From the IMG/VR virus record IMGVR_UViG_3300029858_000327: a stretch of 64,000 bases of DNA; one strand, 5' to 3'. The notes under the pieces were generated by a model. The model was not told the origin of the DNA, did no database searches, and was given only the letters and a program-made list of their open reading frames with translations. The position numbers were made by a program, and so were the translations under genes. Positions 8,745 to 18,520 of the stretch are shown piece by piece (the first letter of the stretch is position 1; the number at the start of each line of letters is the position of its first letter). This DNA comes from a virus. Taxonomy: Duplodnaviria; Heunggongvirae; Uroviricota; Caudoviricetes.

Positions 8745-9389
8745 ATGGAAGAAGTTTGGAAGGATATTATAGGGTATGAAGAATATTACCAAGTATCCAA
8801 TAAAGGCAATGTCAGGTCAAAAGACAGATGGTATGATGCTCCTTATCTAAAAAATAAACAAGTTATTTTCAGAAAAGGAGTTAGTATCAAACCAAGACCT
8901 AATAAGTATGGCTATTTAACAGTTTGTTTAAAAAAGAACAGTAAAGGGAAAACAATTCCTATTCACAAGCTTGTTGCAGCCGCCTTTATTGAAAATGTAT
9001 TAAGAAAGACGTGTATAGACCATATAAATGGAAATAGAACGGATAATAGAGTTGAAAATCTAAGATGGGTAACAATAAAGGAAAATCAAAATAACCCGAT
9101 TACTAAAAAGAGATTGAGTGAATGCAAAATAGGAGCAAAACATCATTTTTATGGAAAACATCTATCAAAAGAGCATTCTCAAAAAATAGGTAATGCCAAT
9201 AAAAATGGTAAATGCTCTATACCTGTCGTACAGTTGGATTTAGACGGCAATTTTGTTAATGAATATCCCTCAACAAATGAAGCAGAAAGGCAGACTGGTA
9301 TTCATCATGGTGGCATATGGCGTGCTGTAAAAAAGCATTCAACAGCTGGAGGATATAGATGGATATATAAACGAGATTATAAACCGTAA
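8745..9389 (+). CDS. HNH homing endonuclease (NUMOD4 N-terminus plus HNH_3)
   Basis: GYEEYYQVSNKGNVRS (NUMOD4-like) and IDHINGNRTDNRVENLRWVTIKEN (HNH). Confidence 0.7.
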   Translation: MEEVWKDIIGYEEYYQVSNKGNVRSKDRWYDAPYLKNKQVIFRKGVSIKPRPNKYGYLTVCLKKNSKGKTIPIHKLVAAAFIENVLRKTCIDHINGNRTDNRVENLRWVTIKENQNNPITKKRLSECKIGAKHHFYGKHLSKEHSQKIGNANKNGKCSIPVVQLDLDGNFVNEYPSTNEAERQTGIHHGGIWRAVKKHSTAGGYRWIYKRDYKP

Positions 9390-9475
9390 GATATGCTGCC
9401 AACGAACAGCAGATGCTAATTTTTGCACAACAAGAAATCGAACGTAATAAAGAGTTTATCTAAAATTTTGAGATT

Positions 9476-9661
9476 ATGAAAAAAAGAAAATTTCCCCAAG
9501 ATGTAGCAAGATTCTTTAATCCAGAGAAGTCAATTAATCCTAATTCAAGCGGCATTCATCAAAGAGAGAAGGCCTTACAAAGAAGTTTCATCCCTGTTTA
9601 TAATGGTATGGGTACCGCTAAAAAGATTTATAATAGGTTCGGTGTAAAAAGTTATAGATAA
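9476..9661 (+). CDS. hypothetical small basic protein
   Basis: 61 aa ORF. Confidence 0.25.
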   Translation: MKKRKFPQDVARFFNPEKSINPNSSGIHQREKALQRSFIPVYNGMGTAKKIYNRFGVKSYR

Positions 9662-9663
9662 TT

Positions 9664-10095
9664 ATGGACAAATTTTTAGGACAAGACATTCCTGAGCAGG
9701 AACGATGGCAGTTCCTTCAGGACAACGCCGATGCAGTGGAGAAAATCGGCTACACCCACAGATTCACCCCCGAAGAACTGGCTCAGAAGAAAGAAACATT
9801 GGCTGAGGTATCTATCACCATCAACGATGTCGAGATGGAGAAGAAAGAGGCTATGGAGAGTTTCAAAGAACGCCTAAAGCCTTTGAATGAAGAAAAACAG
9901 GAACTTTTGGACCACATCAAAAGAGGTTCGGAGTTCGTCGAGAATGAAGAATGTGCAAAATTCCTATACCATAAAGAAAAGATGGTAGGATTCTACAACA
10001 AGTTAGGTGAACTGGTTTATAGCCGCCCAATCATGCCACAAGAAATGCAGAAGACAGTATTTAGTATTAACCGTAAAACTGGAACAGAATCATGA
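9664..10095 (+). CDS. hypothetical protein
   Basis: 143 aa, overlaps the next gene start (ATGA). Confidence 0.4.
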   Translation: MDKFLGQDIPEQERWQFLQDNADAVEKIGYTHRFTPEELAQKKETLAEVSITINDVEMEKKEAMESFKERLKPLNEEKQELLDHIKRGSEFVENEECAKFLYHKEKMVGFYNKLGELVYSRPIMPQEMQKTVFSINRKTGTES

Positions 10096-10829
10096 GTGAA
10101 AACAAAATCAATTTGGTAGTACCGAAAGAGTACAATGGTACCCCCATCGAAGTAGTATTGAGAGAAGGTAAAGCATCCGTAGCCCTTGACCCGAAAGAAC
10201 CGGAGAGAGTAGTTATCAATGGAACGATAGAAGCACCCTTCAGATGGCTGGAAAAGCGTGTCGAACTGATTAATCAGAAATCGGCCAATATCATTGTGAA
10301 CCGTGATAAGATGTGTCTGGCTTTGACTATTGATGAAACCAATTATTACCAGACAGTAATTAGTGGAGTTTTACAGGCTTCAAAGGAAATGCAGGAGTTC
10401 GGTATCAATGCGGAAAGGAAATGGGAACCTATTAAGTTATCCCAGTTCTTCAAGATGCACCGTGCTTTCTTCAAAGACAAATCACAGAACATGATGCTGG
10501 TTTCTACTTTGAAGAATTTCAAGGCGAAAGTAAACCAGGATATAGAACGTAGTAAAGAGGAAAACGGAAACAAGACGGATAACTATTCTCAAGTGGTTGA
10601 TTCCAATCTGCCAAAATCGTTCAAACTGAATATCCCTCTTTTCAAAGGTTTTGCCTGTGAAGAAATCGAAGTTGAAATCTACGCCGATGTGGACGGACGG
10701 GAAGTTTCCCTTTCTTTGGTTTCTGCCGGTGCGAATGAGGCCATTGAAGAATACAAGAATAAGGTGATTGACAAACAGGTTGAAGCAATCAAAGGTGTTG
10801 CACCTGACATCGTAATCATTGAGGTGTAA
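10092..10829 (+). CDS. hypothetical protein
   Basis: 245 aa ORF. Confidence 0.4.
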   Translation: MSENKINLVVPKEYNGTPIEVVLREGKASVALDPKEPERVVINGTIEAPFRWLEKRVELINQKSANIIVNRDKMCLALTIDETNYYQTVISGVLQASKEMQEFGINAERKWEPIKLSQFFKMHRAFFKDKSQNMMLVSTLKNFKAKVNQDIERSKEENGNKTDNYSQVVDSNLPKSFKLNIPLFKGFACEEIEVEIYADVDGREVSLSLVSAGANEAIEEYKNKVIDKQVEAIKGVAPDIVIIEV

Positions 10830-10982
10830 CAATGAGAAAGCAAATTTATTTAATTCTGTTTCTGGTAGTCGGAGTATCTATCGGAAACAGAATATTCAAT
10901 CACCTCAACGCTTGGCTGGGCGTGGTAATAATATCAGCCACAGTGATTTATTTCGTTTATAAACTAATTAAAAATTTGAAGA

Positions 10983-11789
10983 ATGAAAAGATTGATTAAT
11001 CTAATGTTGGTCTGTATGACCTTAGTGGTATTTGCTTCATGCGAAAGAGTAGCCCCTAATTATGCCGGTGTTCTAATGGAGAACTATGGGAAGCAAGGAA
11101 AAGAGGATTTTAAGGTAGTGTCCGGTAAAGTTTCCACTTGGGAATGGGGCACTGAATTGTTTCAAGTTCCATTGTTTGACCAAAGAGGGGAATTTGCTGA
11201 ACCTGTCACATTGAAGGCTGCTGATAACACTGAATTTAACGCACGTCCTACTTATTCTTATAAAGTTATCAAGAATAGAGCTATAGATGTTGTATTCGAT
11301 AACAAACATATAGATAAAGCTGATACAGAATCAGGAAAAGACGGGTTTATGCAAAGCCTTGAAGATAATATACTTGAACCTCGTATTTATGATTTAATCA
11401 AAGAAGAAAGCCGTAAGCACAAGACAGACAGTTTAATGGCTGACGGTGGTTCTCTTCTTTTTGAAAAGCGGTTGGAGCAGATTGTGGATAAAGAATTTGA
11501 GAAAAGAGGGCTTCAATTGCTGACTTTTTCTGCACAGCTTGAATTTTCAAAGGCTGTGCGTGAGAAGATTGATAGTCGTAATGAGGTGAATACCAATATA
11601 TCTGTATTAGACCAGCAGATTGCAGAGCAGAAGAAACGCAACGAATTGGAGCAATTAAAAACAGAACAGGCTATCATTCAATCACGTGGGTTGACTAAAG
11701 AAATACTCTATAAGCAATTCATAGATAAATGGGATGGCCGTACACCACTTTATGGAATTGCCCCTGAGTTTTTAAAAATAACGAAATAG
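10983..11789 (+). CDS. lipoprotein, possibly SPFH/band-7-like
   Basis: Signal peptide with lipobox (VVFASC). Long coiled-coil C-terminus. The SPFH assignment is tentative. Confidence 0.4.
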   Translation: MKRLINLMLVCMTLVVFASCERVAPNYAGVLMENYGKQGKEDFKVVSGKVSTWEWGTELFQVPLFDQRGEFAEPVTLKAADNTEFNARPTYSYKVIKNRAIDVVFDNKHIDKADTESGKDGFMQSLEDNILEPRIYDLIKEESRKHKTDSLMADGGSLLFEKRLEQIVDKEFEKRGLQLLTFSAQLEFSKAVREKIDSRNEVNTNISVLDQQIAEQKKRNELEQLKTEQAIIQSRGLTKEILYKQFIDKWDGRTPLYGIAPEFLKITK

Positions 11790-11819
11790 CATGAATAAAC
11801 GCCCGGAAAGCCGGGCATT

Positions 11820-11923
11820 GGTATCGTGGCGGAATTGGTAGACGCTATGCTCAATGATTGGACGGTCAATCCATAGATGCAAAGAACTGACAACTCATGC
11901 AGGTTCGAATCCTGCCGGTACCA
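11820..11923 (+). tRNA. tRNA-like element (Leu-type D-arm, canonical T-arm and acceptor) but about 104 nt long, with an insertion or disrupted anticodon region
   Basis: Acceptor GGTATCG/CGGTACC with one G-U pair. D-arm GCGGAATTGGTAGACGC is identical to class-II tRNA-Leu. T-arm GCAGG-TTCGAAT-CCTGC. The about 60 nt between the D- and T-arms do not fold into a standard anticodon arm plus variable arm. Confidence 0.4.
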
Positions 11924-12031
11924 CAAACTAAAATTATGAATAATATGAGAAAAGGAATTAATAATAAAGGAAAATATCCGTCTCCTTTAAGAATAAATGT
12001 AAAGGGAGACGGATGGGTTTTAAATTGTAGA

Positions 12032-12277
12032 TTATCTACACAAAAATTTCTTACTAAAAAGTGAAATAAAACCACAATTAGGGCATACTGCCATCACTAC
12101 TGGATATGAACCTAAAGATTCGAGCCCTACTGTATGTCTTGAATCAATGTCTAAAGAGACAAGGTGCATTTCTTCTGGACATACATCCTTATTACCTTCA
12201 TATCCACAATTAGGACATCTGCCAACTTTCAAATTCTGTTGCAATTTTAATAATTGCTCGTTTGTAAATCTACCCAT
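12032..12277 (-). CDS. zinc-ribbon protein (two CxxC pairs)
   Basis: 81 aa. CPNCG...CPNCG motifs. Confidence 0.4.
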   Translation of the reverse strand: MGRFTNEQLLKLQQNLKVGRCPNCGYEGNKDVCPEEMHLVSLDIDSRHTVGLESLGSYPVVMAVCPNCGFISLFSKKFLCR

Positions 12278-12418
12278 AATTGAAAAAATTAAAATTAGAC
12301 AAAGACAAAGATAATAAATAACTGGGGCATATCCAATCTTTTATGATTAAGTTAAAATTAGACACATTACACTTCTTTTTGGGAAGGATATGCCCCTTCT
12401 TAAATTTATAATTTAATA

Positions 12419-12895
12419 ATGCCATATTACATAAAAAGAAAAACAAAGAAGAAAGAAAAGCCTTTACCGTTATTTGACAAGGCAGGTATCAAGATTAAGA
12501 AGAAGCCGGATTTAGTGGCCAAACTCGACAAAGTTTTCAGCCGCTATATCCGGCTTCGTGATTGTATGCCGAACGGGTATTTCCGCTGTATATCATGCGG
12601 CCAGATAAAGCCATACGAACAGGCCGATTGCGGACACTTCCATTCGCGCCGCCACATGGCCACACGCTTTGACGAGGACAACGCCCACGCAGAATGCCGG
12701 GCGTGCAACCGATTCAGTGCCGACCATCTGATACAATATGAAAAGAACCTGAAAGCTAAAATCGGCCAGCTACGATTCGACAAGCTGGCATGGAGAGCAA
12801 GCCAGGCGAAGAAATGGACTGATTTTGAATTAATCGAACTCACCAAGTATTACAAGGCTTTGGGAGACAAACTGAGTAAGGAGAAAGGATTATGA
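12419..12895 (+). CDS. NinG-like protein
   Basis: Cys/His cluster CISCG...CGHFHSRRH...CRACN and the size match the lambda NinG family. Confidence 0.45.
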   Translation: MPYYIKRKTKKKEKPLPLFDKAGIKIKKKPDLVAKLDKVFSRYIRLRDCMPNGYFRCISCGQIKPYEQADCGHFHSRRHMATRFDEDNAHAECRACNRFSADHLIQYEKNLKAKIGQLRFDKLAWRASQAKKWTDFELIELTKYYKALGDKLSKEKGL

Positions 12896-14064
12896 GTTAT
12901 GTTTTACGGGATTACCAGCAGAAGGCCAGTAATGCAGCAGTCAGCTTCTTTGCTAACAGGGCCAAGAAGAACAATGCCATCATGGTGCTGCCTACCGGAG
13001 CCGGCAAGAGTCTTGTGATTACCGACATCGCCAGCCGTCTTGAAGGGCACACGCTGGTATTTCAGCCAAGTAAAGAAATACTCGAACAGAACTATCTGAA
13101 GCTCTGTTCGTATGGTGTTCTGGACTGTTCCATCTACTCTGCCTCATTCGGGCGAAAGGAGATTTCAAGAATAACTTTCGCCACTATCGGAAGCGTAGTC
13201 AACCATCCGGAACTCTTCCAGCATTTTCAGAATATCATCATCGACGAGTGCCATCTGGTTAACCCGAAAGACGGAATGTACAAGAGATTTCTTTCGATGC
13301 TGAAATGTAAAGTTCTTGGATTGACGGCTACGCCCTACCGTCTTTCATCAAGCAGGGATTTCGGCAGCATGTTGAAGTTCATCACACGCACACGCCCGTG
13401 CGTGTTCTCTGAGGTAATCTATCAGGTTCAAATCTCTACTCTATTGGATATGGGGTATCTTTCGAAGCTGAACTATTATCCGATGAATCCTTTGGGATGG
13501 AACGAACTTAACCTGAAGGTGAACACTACCGGAGCCGACTACACGGACAAGTCTGTAGTAAAAGAGTATGAGCGTATCGACTTCTACGGGTTTCTGGTAA
13601 GTATCGTCCAAAGGCTTATGAATCCCAAGAGCGGTGTAAAACGAAAAGGTATATTGGTTTTCACTCGTTTTCTGAAGGAAGCAGAACGCCTTACCTGGTC
13701 CATTCCCGGAACTGCCATCGTTTCAGGAGAAACACCGAAGAAAGAACGTGAACATATCCTTGAAGCGTTCAAGGCTGGAGAGATACCGGTCGTTGCCAAT
13801 GTAGGTGTACTTACTACCGGATTTGACTATCCTGAACTGGATACGATTGTCATGGCCCGTCCGACGATGTCTTTAGATCTATGGTACCAAATAGTCGGTC
13901 GTGCTATCCGTCCGCATCCTAACAAGGAGGCTGGCTGGATCGTTGACCTTTGCGGGAATTTGAAACGATTTGGCGAAGTCAAGGATTTACGCCTGGTGGA
14001 TAGCGGAAACGGCAAATGGGCCGTGTACTCCAATAGCAGACAGTTGACTAACGTAAGATTCTGA
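12892..14064 (+). CDS. SF2 DEAD/DEAH-box DNA helicase
   Basis: Walker A LPTGAGKS and a DEAH-like IIIDECH. A C-terminal helicase domain is present. Confidence 0.7.
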   Translation: MSYVLRDYQQKASNAAVSFFANRAKKNNAIMVLPTGAGKSLVITDIASRLEGHTLVFQPSKEILEQNYLKLCSYGVLDCSIYSASFGRKEISRITFATIGSVVNHPELFQHFQNIIIDECHLVNPKDGMYKRFLSMLKCKVLGLTATPYRLSSSRDFGSMLKFITRTRPCVFSEVIYQVQISTLLDMGYLSKLNYYPMNPLGWNELNLKVNTTGADYTDKSVVKEYERIDFYGFLVSIVQRLMNPKSGVKRKGILVFTRFLKEAERLTWSIPGTAIVSGETPKKEREHILEAFKAGEIPVVANVGVLTTGFDYPELDTIVMARPTMSLDLWYQIVGRAIRPHPNKEAGWIVDLCGNLKRFGEVKDLRLVDSGNGKWAVYSNSRQLTNVRF

Positions 14065-14068
14065 AACT

Positions 14069-14983
14069 ATGGAAGAAGGATTTTTGAGGCTAAGCCGCAG
14101 GTTTTTCTCGAATGAAATGTGGAAAGTAGCCCGTGAGTTTTCGGAATGCGAAGCGTGGCTTGACTTGATTCAGTCAGCACGATTTGATGCAACCGGCGAG
14201 GCGTACAGCGAACTCATCGGAGGTCGGGAAATCTCTTATTCAAGAGGTCAATATCCAGCATCCATATCGTTTCTGATGAAGCGTTGGAAATGGTCTGAGA
14301 AGAAGGTCAGATATTTCCTGTCCAAACTGAAGAAGAAGGGGATGATTACAACCTGTAACCAACAGGGCATGACTGTCATAACCTTATGCAATTACGATGA
14401 CTACAATCCTATCAAGGACAATCCAAAGGACAAAGATAAGGGCATAGACAACAATAAAGAAATCAGCGATTTAAAGGTGTCTATGGGCGAACTAAGGGCA
14501 GAGCTAAGGGCAATGTCGCAAAAAATGGCCGAAAAAATTGAAGATTTGGGACAAGGTAAGGGCAATAAGAAAAAGAAAGATAAAGAAACTGTTAATGATA
14601 ATATTCCCCCCACACCCCCCAAGGGGGAGGGTATTAACTATAAAGCCCGTTCCCTTTTTGAAACCTATTACAGACAGTTGTTCGGAAGTGATTATTACTG
14701 GACGGCCAAGGATGCAGGAGCAATGTCCCAGCTGCTTCAAAAACTGAAGTTCCAACGGGAACAGAAGCAGATGGATGTCGCCGATGAATCAATCCTGTAT
14801 GCACTTCAATATTTGCTTTTATCCATAAAAGAAGGTTGGATATTCGAGAATTTTAGCGTGACAAACATCAACTCAAAATTTAATGAGATAGTTTCTCAGG
14901 CCAAGAAAAAAGCTCTTTCAAAAACAGATGTAGGCATAGTTCTGAAGGATAATTCACCGGAAAAATACAAGAAAGGCTGGTAA
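14069..14983 (+). CDS. replisome organiser / replication initiation protein (putative)
   Basis: Sits between the helicase and the DnaC-like loader. Has a low-complexity Lys-rich linker and internal iteron-like DNA repeats. Confidence 0.45.
   Translation: MEEGFLRLSRRFFSNEMWKVAREFSECEAWLDLIQSARFDATGEAYSELIGGREISYSRGQYPASISFLMKRWKWSEKKVRYFLSKLKKKGMITTCNQQGMTVITLCNYDDYNPIKDNPKDKDKGIDNNKEISDLKVSMGELRAELRAMSQKMAEKIEDLGQGKGNKKKKDKETVNDNIPPTPPKGEGINYKARSLFETYYRQLFGSDYYWTAKDAGAMSQLLQKLKFQREQKQMDVADESILYALQYLLLSIKEGWIFENFSVTNINSKFNEIVSQAKKKALSKTDVGIVLKDNSPEKYKKGW
14435..14566. repeat. iteron-like direct repeats TAAGGGCA(A/G) x4 inside the replication gene (candidate ori)
   Basis: Copies at about 14437, 14493, 14505 and 14557. 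Additional AAGGACA repeats lie nearby. Confidence 0.4.
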
Positions 14984-14985
14984 AC

Positions 14986-15570
14986 ATGGAACAGATAAAT
15001 TTTCAACAGACAATCGAACGGCTCAAAGATACGGGCTTCTCCCCTATTCCTAACATCGTACAGGTAACCGTTCCGGATGCCAAAAGAGTTCTCTGGGCCG
15101 GTATCAGGTACTTCACTGGAGAAAATGCCAGATGGCTTCCTGAGTACGAAGAAGTGGCAGGCTGGCTGGCCGGCAATGAAGGTCGCGGACTTCTGTGTTT
15201 CGGCAACTGCGGACGCGGAAAGACCCTTATTTGCGGAAAGATTCTCCCTTTGGTTCTTAACCATTACTGCCGCAAGGTGGTAAGCTGCTACGATGCACAG
15301 CAGATGAATGCAGATTTAGACGCTGTGAAGCAAAAACACATCATCTACGTTGACGATATAGGAACAGAGAATCTTAGCGTCAAATACGGCGAAAAAAGGC
15401 TTGCATTCGCTGAGCTGGCAGACGAAGCCGAGAAGAAAGGAAAGCTTCTTATCCTGACCACCAATCTCACGATAGACGAGCTGAGAGAGAAATATGGGGA
15501 AAGAACCATTGACCGGCTGAGGGCGATAACGAAAACCGTCCTCTTCAGCGGTGAAAGCCTGAGAAAATGA
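14986..15570 (+). CDS. DnaC/IstB-like AAA+ helicase loader
   Basis: Walker A GNCGRGKT and Walker B IIYVDDIG. Confidence 0.6.
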   Translation: MEQINFQQTIERLKDTGFSPIPNIVQVTVPDAKRVLWAGIRYFTGENARWLPEYEEVAGWLAGNEGRGLLCFGNCGRGKTLICGKILPLVLNHYCRKVVSCYDAQQMNADLDAVKQKHIIYVDDIGTENLSVKYGEKRLAFAELADEAEKKGKLLILTTNLTIDELREKYGERTIDRLRAITKTVLFSGESLRK

Positions 15571-15753
15571 TATGAAAATCACAATCAACTGGGTAACTCG
15601 TGACTGGAACCTGATCAGGAGGTTACGCGAGAAATACCGTCTTCCACAATACATGAACGTGAACGGACTCACAGAAGCAGAGGTTGACGAAGAGACATTA
15701 AGCAATCTCCGCAAGGGTGAGCCAAAGTATTTAATCATCAGAAAAGTAGAGAA

Positions 15754-16200
15754 ATGACAAGACAAGAATCAGAAAGAAAGCTCAATGAACTGAGAAAGAA
15801 GTATATCGCTTTGATTTCATCCATGAACTTTGCCAAAGCACAGAAAATCAAGAACAAGATTGACTCCCTTGAAAGAGAACTGGAACCGCATTCCTTGGGA
15901 GAACTTCTTCAGGACTATACCCCGGAGTTCAAGGTAGAAATGCTTCGCAAGATGCACAAGCTGTTCATCTACTCCGATTTGCTTGAAGGTGCGGCACTGG
16001 AGTTCCAGTCTGAACTTGAATCAAACGGAATAGATGCTCAGGTAGTTTTTCAGGTAAAGCGCGTACTGAAAGAACTGAGAAGCATAGTACGAATACCGGA
16101 TGAAGAGAAAAACGCTTCATTGTCTGACAACTTTGCCGGGATGTGTGATGAAGCCGGACTTGTAGTGAGTAACATAATCAACAAATATCTTTCAAAATGA
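15754..16200 (+). CDS. hypothetical protein
   Basis: 148 aa ORF. Confidence 0.35.
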   Translation: MTRQESERKLNELRKKYIALISSMNFAKAQKIKNKIDSLERELEPHSLGELLQDYTPEFKVEMLRKMHKLFIYSDLLEGAALEFQSELESNGIDAQVVFQVKRVLKELRSIVRIPDEEKNASLSDNFAGMCDEAGLVVSNIINKYLSK

Positions 16201-16430
16201 TAACGGAAAATGACCCGATGCTTCCACGTAAAGTGGATTTGGAGAAGAACCCTTCTGGAACTGAATTGAAAATTGCCCAGCATCGGGAACTGGAGAAACA
16301 TGGAAAGTATGTAGCTATCCCAGGCGACAAGACACGGACGCGAATTTTCGTCCGCAACGGCGAGGATGCGGAAAAGAAGATAGCTGCATACCTGGAGAGA
16401 ATCAACAACCGACCTCAAAGATGGAACTGA
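16197..16430 (+). CDS. hypothetical protein
   Basis: 77 aa ORF, ATGA overlap with its neighbours. Confidence 0.3.
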   Translation: MITENDPMLPRKVDLEKNPSGTELKIAQHRELEKHGKYVAIPGDKTRTRIFVRNGEDAEKKIAAYLERINNRPQRWN

Positions 16431-16431
16431 T

Positions 16432-18108
16432 ATGATAAAGTTATTTTATATAGACCTTTTCTGCGGTGCCGGGGGAACCAGTACCGGAGTAGAAAACGCA
16501 CGCTACGCAGATGAACAATGCGCGAAAGTTGTCGCTTGTGTGAACCATGACGCAAACGCCATCGCCAGTCATGCTGCCAATCACCCGGATGCGCTCCACT
16601 TCACGGAGGACATCAGAACTTTGGAACTGTCTCCTTTGGTGGCCCATGTAGAACGAATGAAGAAGATTTATCCGGATGCGTATGTAGTTCTATGGGCTTC
16701 GCTGGAATGTACCAATTTCAGCAAGGCAAAAGGAGGACAGCCACGGAACGCTGATAGTCGTACTCTTGCTGAACACCTTTTCCGTTATATAGAATCAATT
16801 GATCCAGACTACATACAGATAGAGAACGTTGAGGAGTTCATGTCATGGGGCGATATGGATGAAAAAGGACACCCTATCAGTAAGGACAAAGGACGGTGCT
16901 ACGAGAAATGGAAACGGAATGTGAAGCGATACGGCTATGACTTTGATTGGCGTATTCTGAACGCTGCTGATTATGGTGCCTATACTACCCGTAAGCGGTT
17001 CTTTGGTATCTTCGCCAAACGCGGCCTGCCTATCGTATTCCCAGAACCGACACACTGCAAGGATGGGAAAAACGATATGTTCGGACGATTGGAAAAGTGG
17101 AAGCCCGTCAAGGAAGTACTGGACTTTTCAGATGAAGGGGAAAGTATCTTTTGCCGGAAGAAGCCGCTGGCCGAGAAAACTCTTGAACGCATCTATGCCG
17201 GACTGATTAAGTTTGTAGCTGGAGGTAAGGAGGCTTTTATTGTAAAGTATAACTCTATGAGTCGGACGGGGAAATACCAGGCACCAAGCGTTGACGAACC
17301 ATGCCCGGTTGTGGCAACACAAGGACGGTTGGCTTTAGCTAAGGTAAACTTTCTTTCCAAGCAATTCAGCGGCCATCCAGATAGCAAGAACATATCTGTG
17401 GAAGGACCTTCCGGAACTATCACTTGTAAAGACCACCACGCTTTCGTGTCTGCCTACTACGGAAACGGTCACAACCATTCGGTCGAGCTTCCAGCCCCTA
17501 CGGTTACGACTAAAGACAGGTTGGCATTGGTAAATTCTGTTTTCATAGATAACCAGTATGGTACCGGGAAACCGACATCCATTAATCAACCAGTTGGTAC
17601 AGTAACCACGGTGCCTAAGTTCAATATGGTAAGCTGCAAGCCGTGGATAATGAATACAGCTTTCTCGAATATTGGAAGCAGCATTGAGCAACCTTCTCAG
17701 ACCATTACAGCCAACCGCAAATGGCATTACCTTATGAATCCTCAGTTTGCCAGCGCCGGAGGTTCTGTAAACAACCCATGTTTCACACTTATAGCCCGCA
17801 TGGACAAAATGCCGCCTTATCTGGTAGAGGTTGAAGGAGGTATCGGCATACAGGTTACACCTGATGACAGTCCGATGACAATCAAGATTAAGGAGTTTAT
17901 GGCTTTGTATGGCATCATTGACATAAAAATGCGTATGCTTCGGATAGCAGAACTCAAGAAAATAATGGGATTTCCTGAAGACTATGTACTGATTGGCCCC
18001 CAGTCAGACCAGAAGAAGTTCATCGGCAACGCCGTGGAGGTGAACATGGCTCGTGTGCTTTGTGAGGCTATCTGTAAGGAGATTATAAGAAAAAGAAAGG
18101 TTGCGTGA
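16432..18108 (+). CDS. DNA (cytosine-5)-methyltransferase, orphan (no cognate restriction enzyme seen)
   Basis: Motif I IDLFCGAGG. Motif IV-like SLECTNFS, with Cys in the catalytic position. ENV motif IQIENVEEF. Motif X KFIGNAVEV. A large variable target-recognition region lies between them. Confidence 0.8.
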   Translation: MIKLFYIDLFCGAGGTSTGVENARYADEQCAKVVACVNHDANAIASHAANHPDALHFTEDIRTLELSPLVAHVERMKKIYPDAYVVLWASLECTNFSKAKGGQPRNADSRTLAEHLFRYIESIDPDYIQIENVEEFMSWGDMDEKGHPISKDKGRCYEKWKRNVKRYGYDFDWRILNAADYGAYTTRKRFFGIFAKRGLPIVFPEPTHCKDGKNDMFGRLEKWKPVKEVLDFSDEGESIFCRKKPLAEKTLERIYAGLIKFVAGGKEAFIVKYNSMSRTGKYQAPSVDEPCPVVATQGRLALAKVNFLSKQFSGHPDSKNISVEGPSGTITCKDHHAFVSAYYGNGHNHSVELPAPTVTTKDRLALVNSVFIDNQYGTGKPTSINQPVGTVTTVPKFNMVSCKPWIMNTAFSNIGSSIEQPSQTITANRKWHYLMNPQFASAGGSVNNPCFTLIARMDKMPPYLVEVEGGIGIQVTPDDSPMTIKIKEFMALYGIIDIKMRMLRIAELKKIMGFPEDYVLIGPQSDQKKFIGNAVEVNMARVLCEAICKEIIRKRKVA

Positions 18109-18520
18109 TATGAGTGAACTGAAAGTGTATTATGGGTGGGCTAGAATAGGAAATGTCCGTAAGAAGCGTGCAATATCTGTCATGTTCGAGAATGAATGGC
18201 ATGGTTGCAGGAGCGAACGAGGACAAAGAATACTGAAAGCAGCCCAGGAAACAGTAATAGAGCGATACCAGGATGCGGAAGAAGAGAAAGCTGCAAAGGA
18301 TTGCACCCGGATATTTACCGAGTATAACCTGTTCTTTGATGAAAAGCCAATAAACGGCAGTCTTAACAAGATACTCCAAATGAACAGCGAAGCCGACAAG
18401 AACCATGTATCTAAAGAAATGCGTGATAAGATTGCTGAAGCCCTACGGAAAGCCTTTATGCAGTCGAATCGCAAATACAGAGAACCGGGTTGGCAACAAC
18501 TTGAATTGAACTTTGAATGA
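18101..18520 (+). CDS. hypothetical protein
   Basis: 139 aa ORF. Confidence 0.35.
   Translation: MRDMSELKVYYGWARIGNVRKKRAISVMFENEWHGCRSERGQRILKAAQETVIERYQDAEEEKAAKDCTRIFTEYNLFFDEKPINGSLNKILQMNSEADKNHVSKEMRDKIAEALRKAFMQSNRKYREPGWQQLELNFE

Noticed and set aside
11866-12075. Minus-strand ORF overlapping the tRNA-like element
   Set aside because: Overlaps a structured RNA gene and a terminator. Hydrophobic junk translation.
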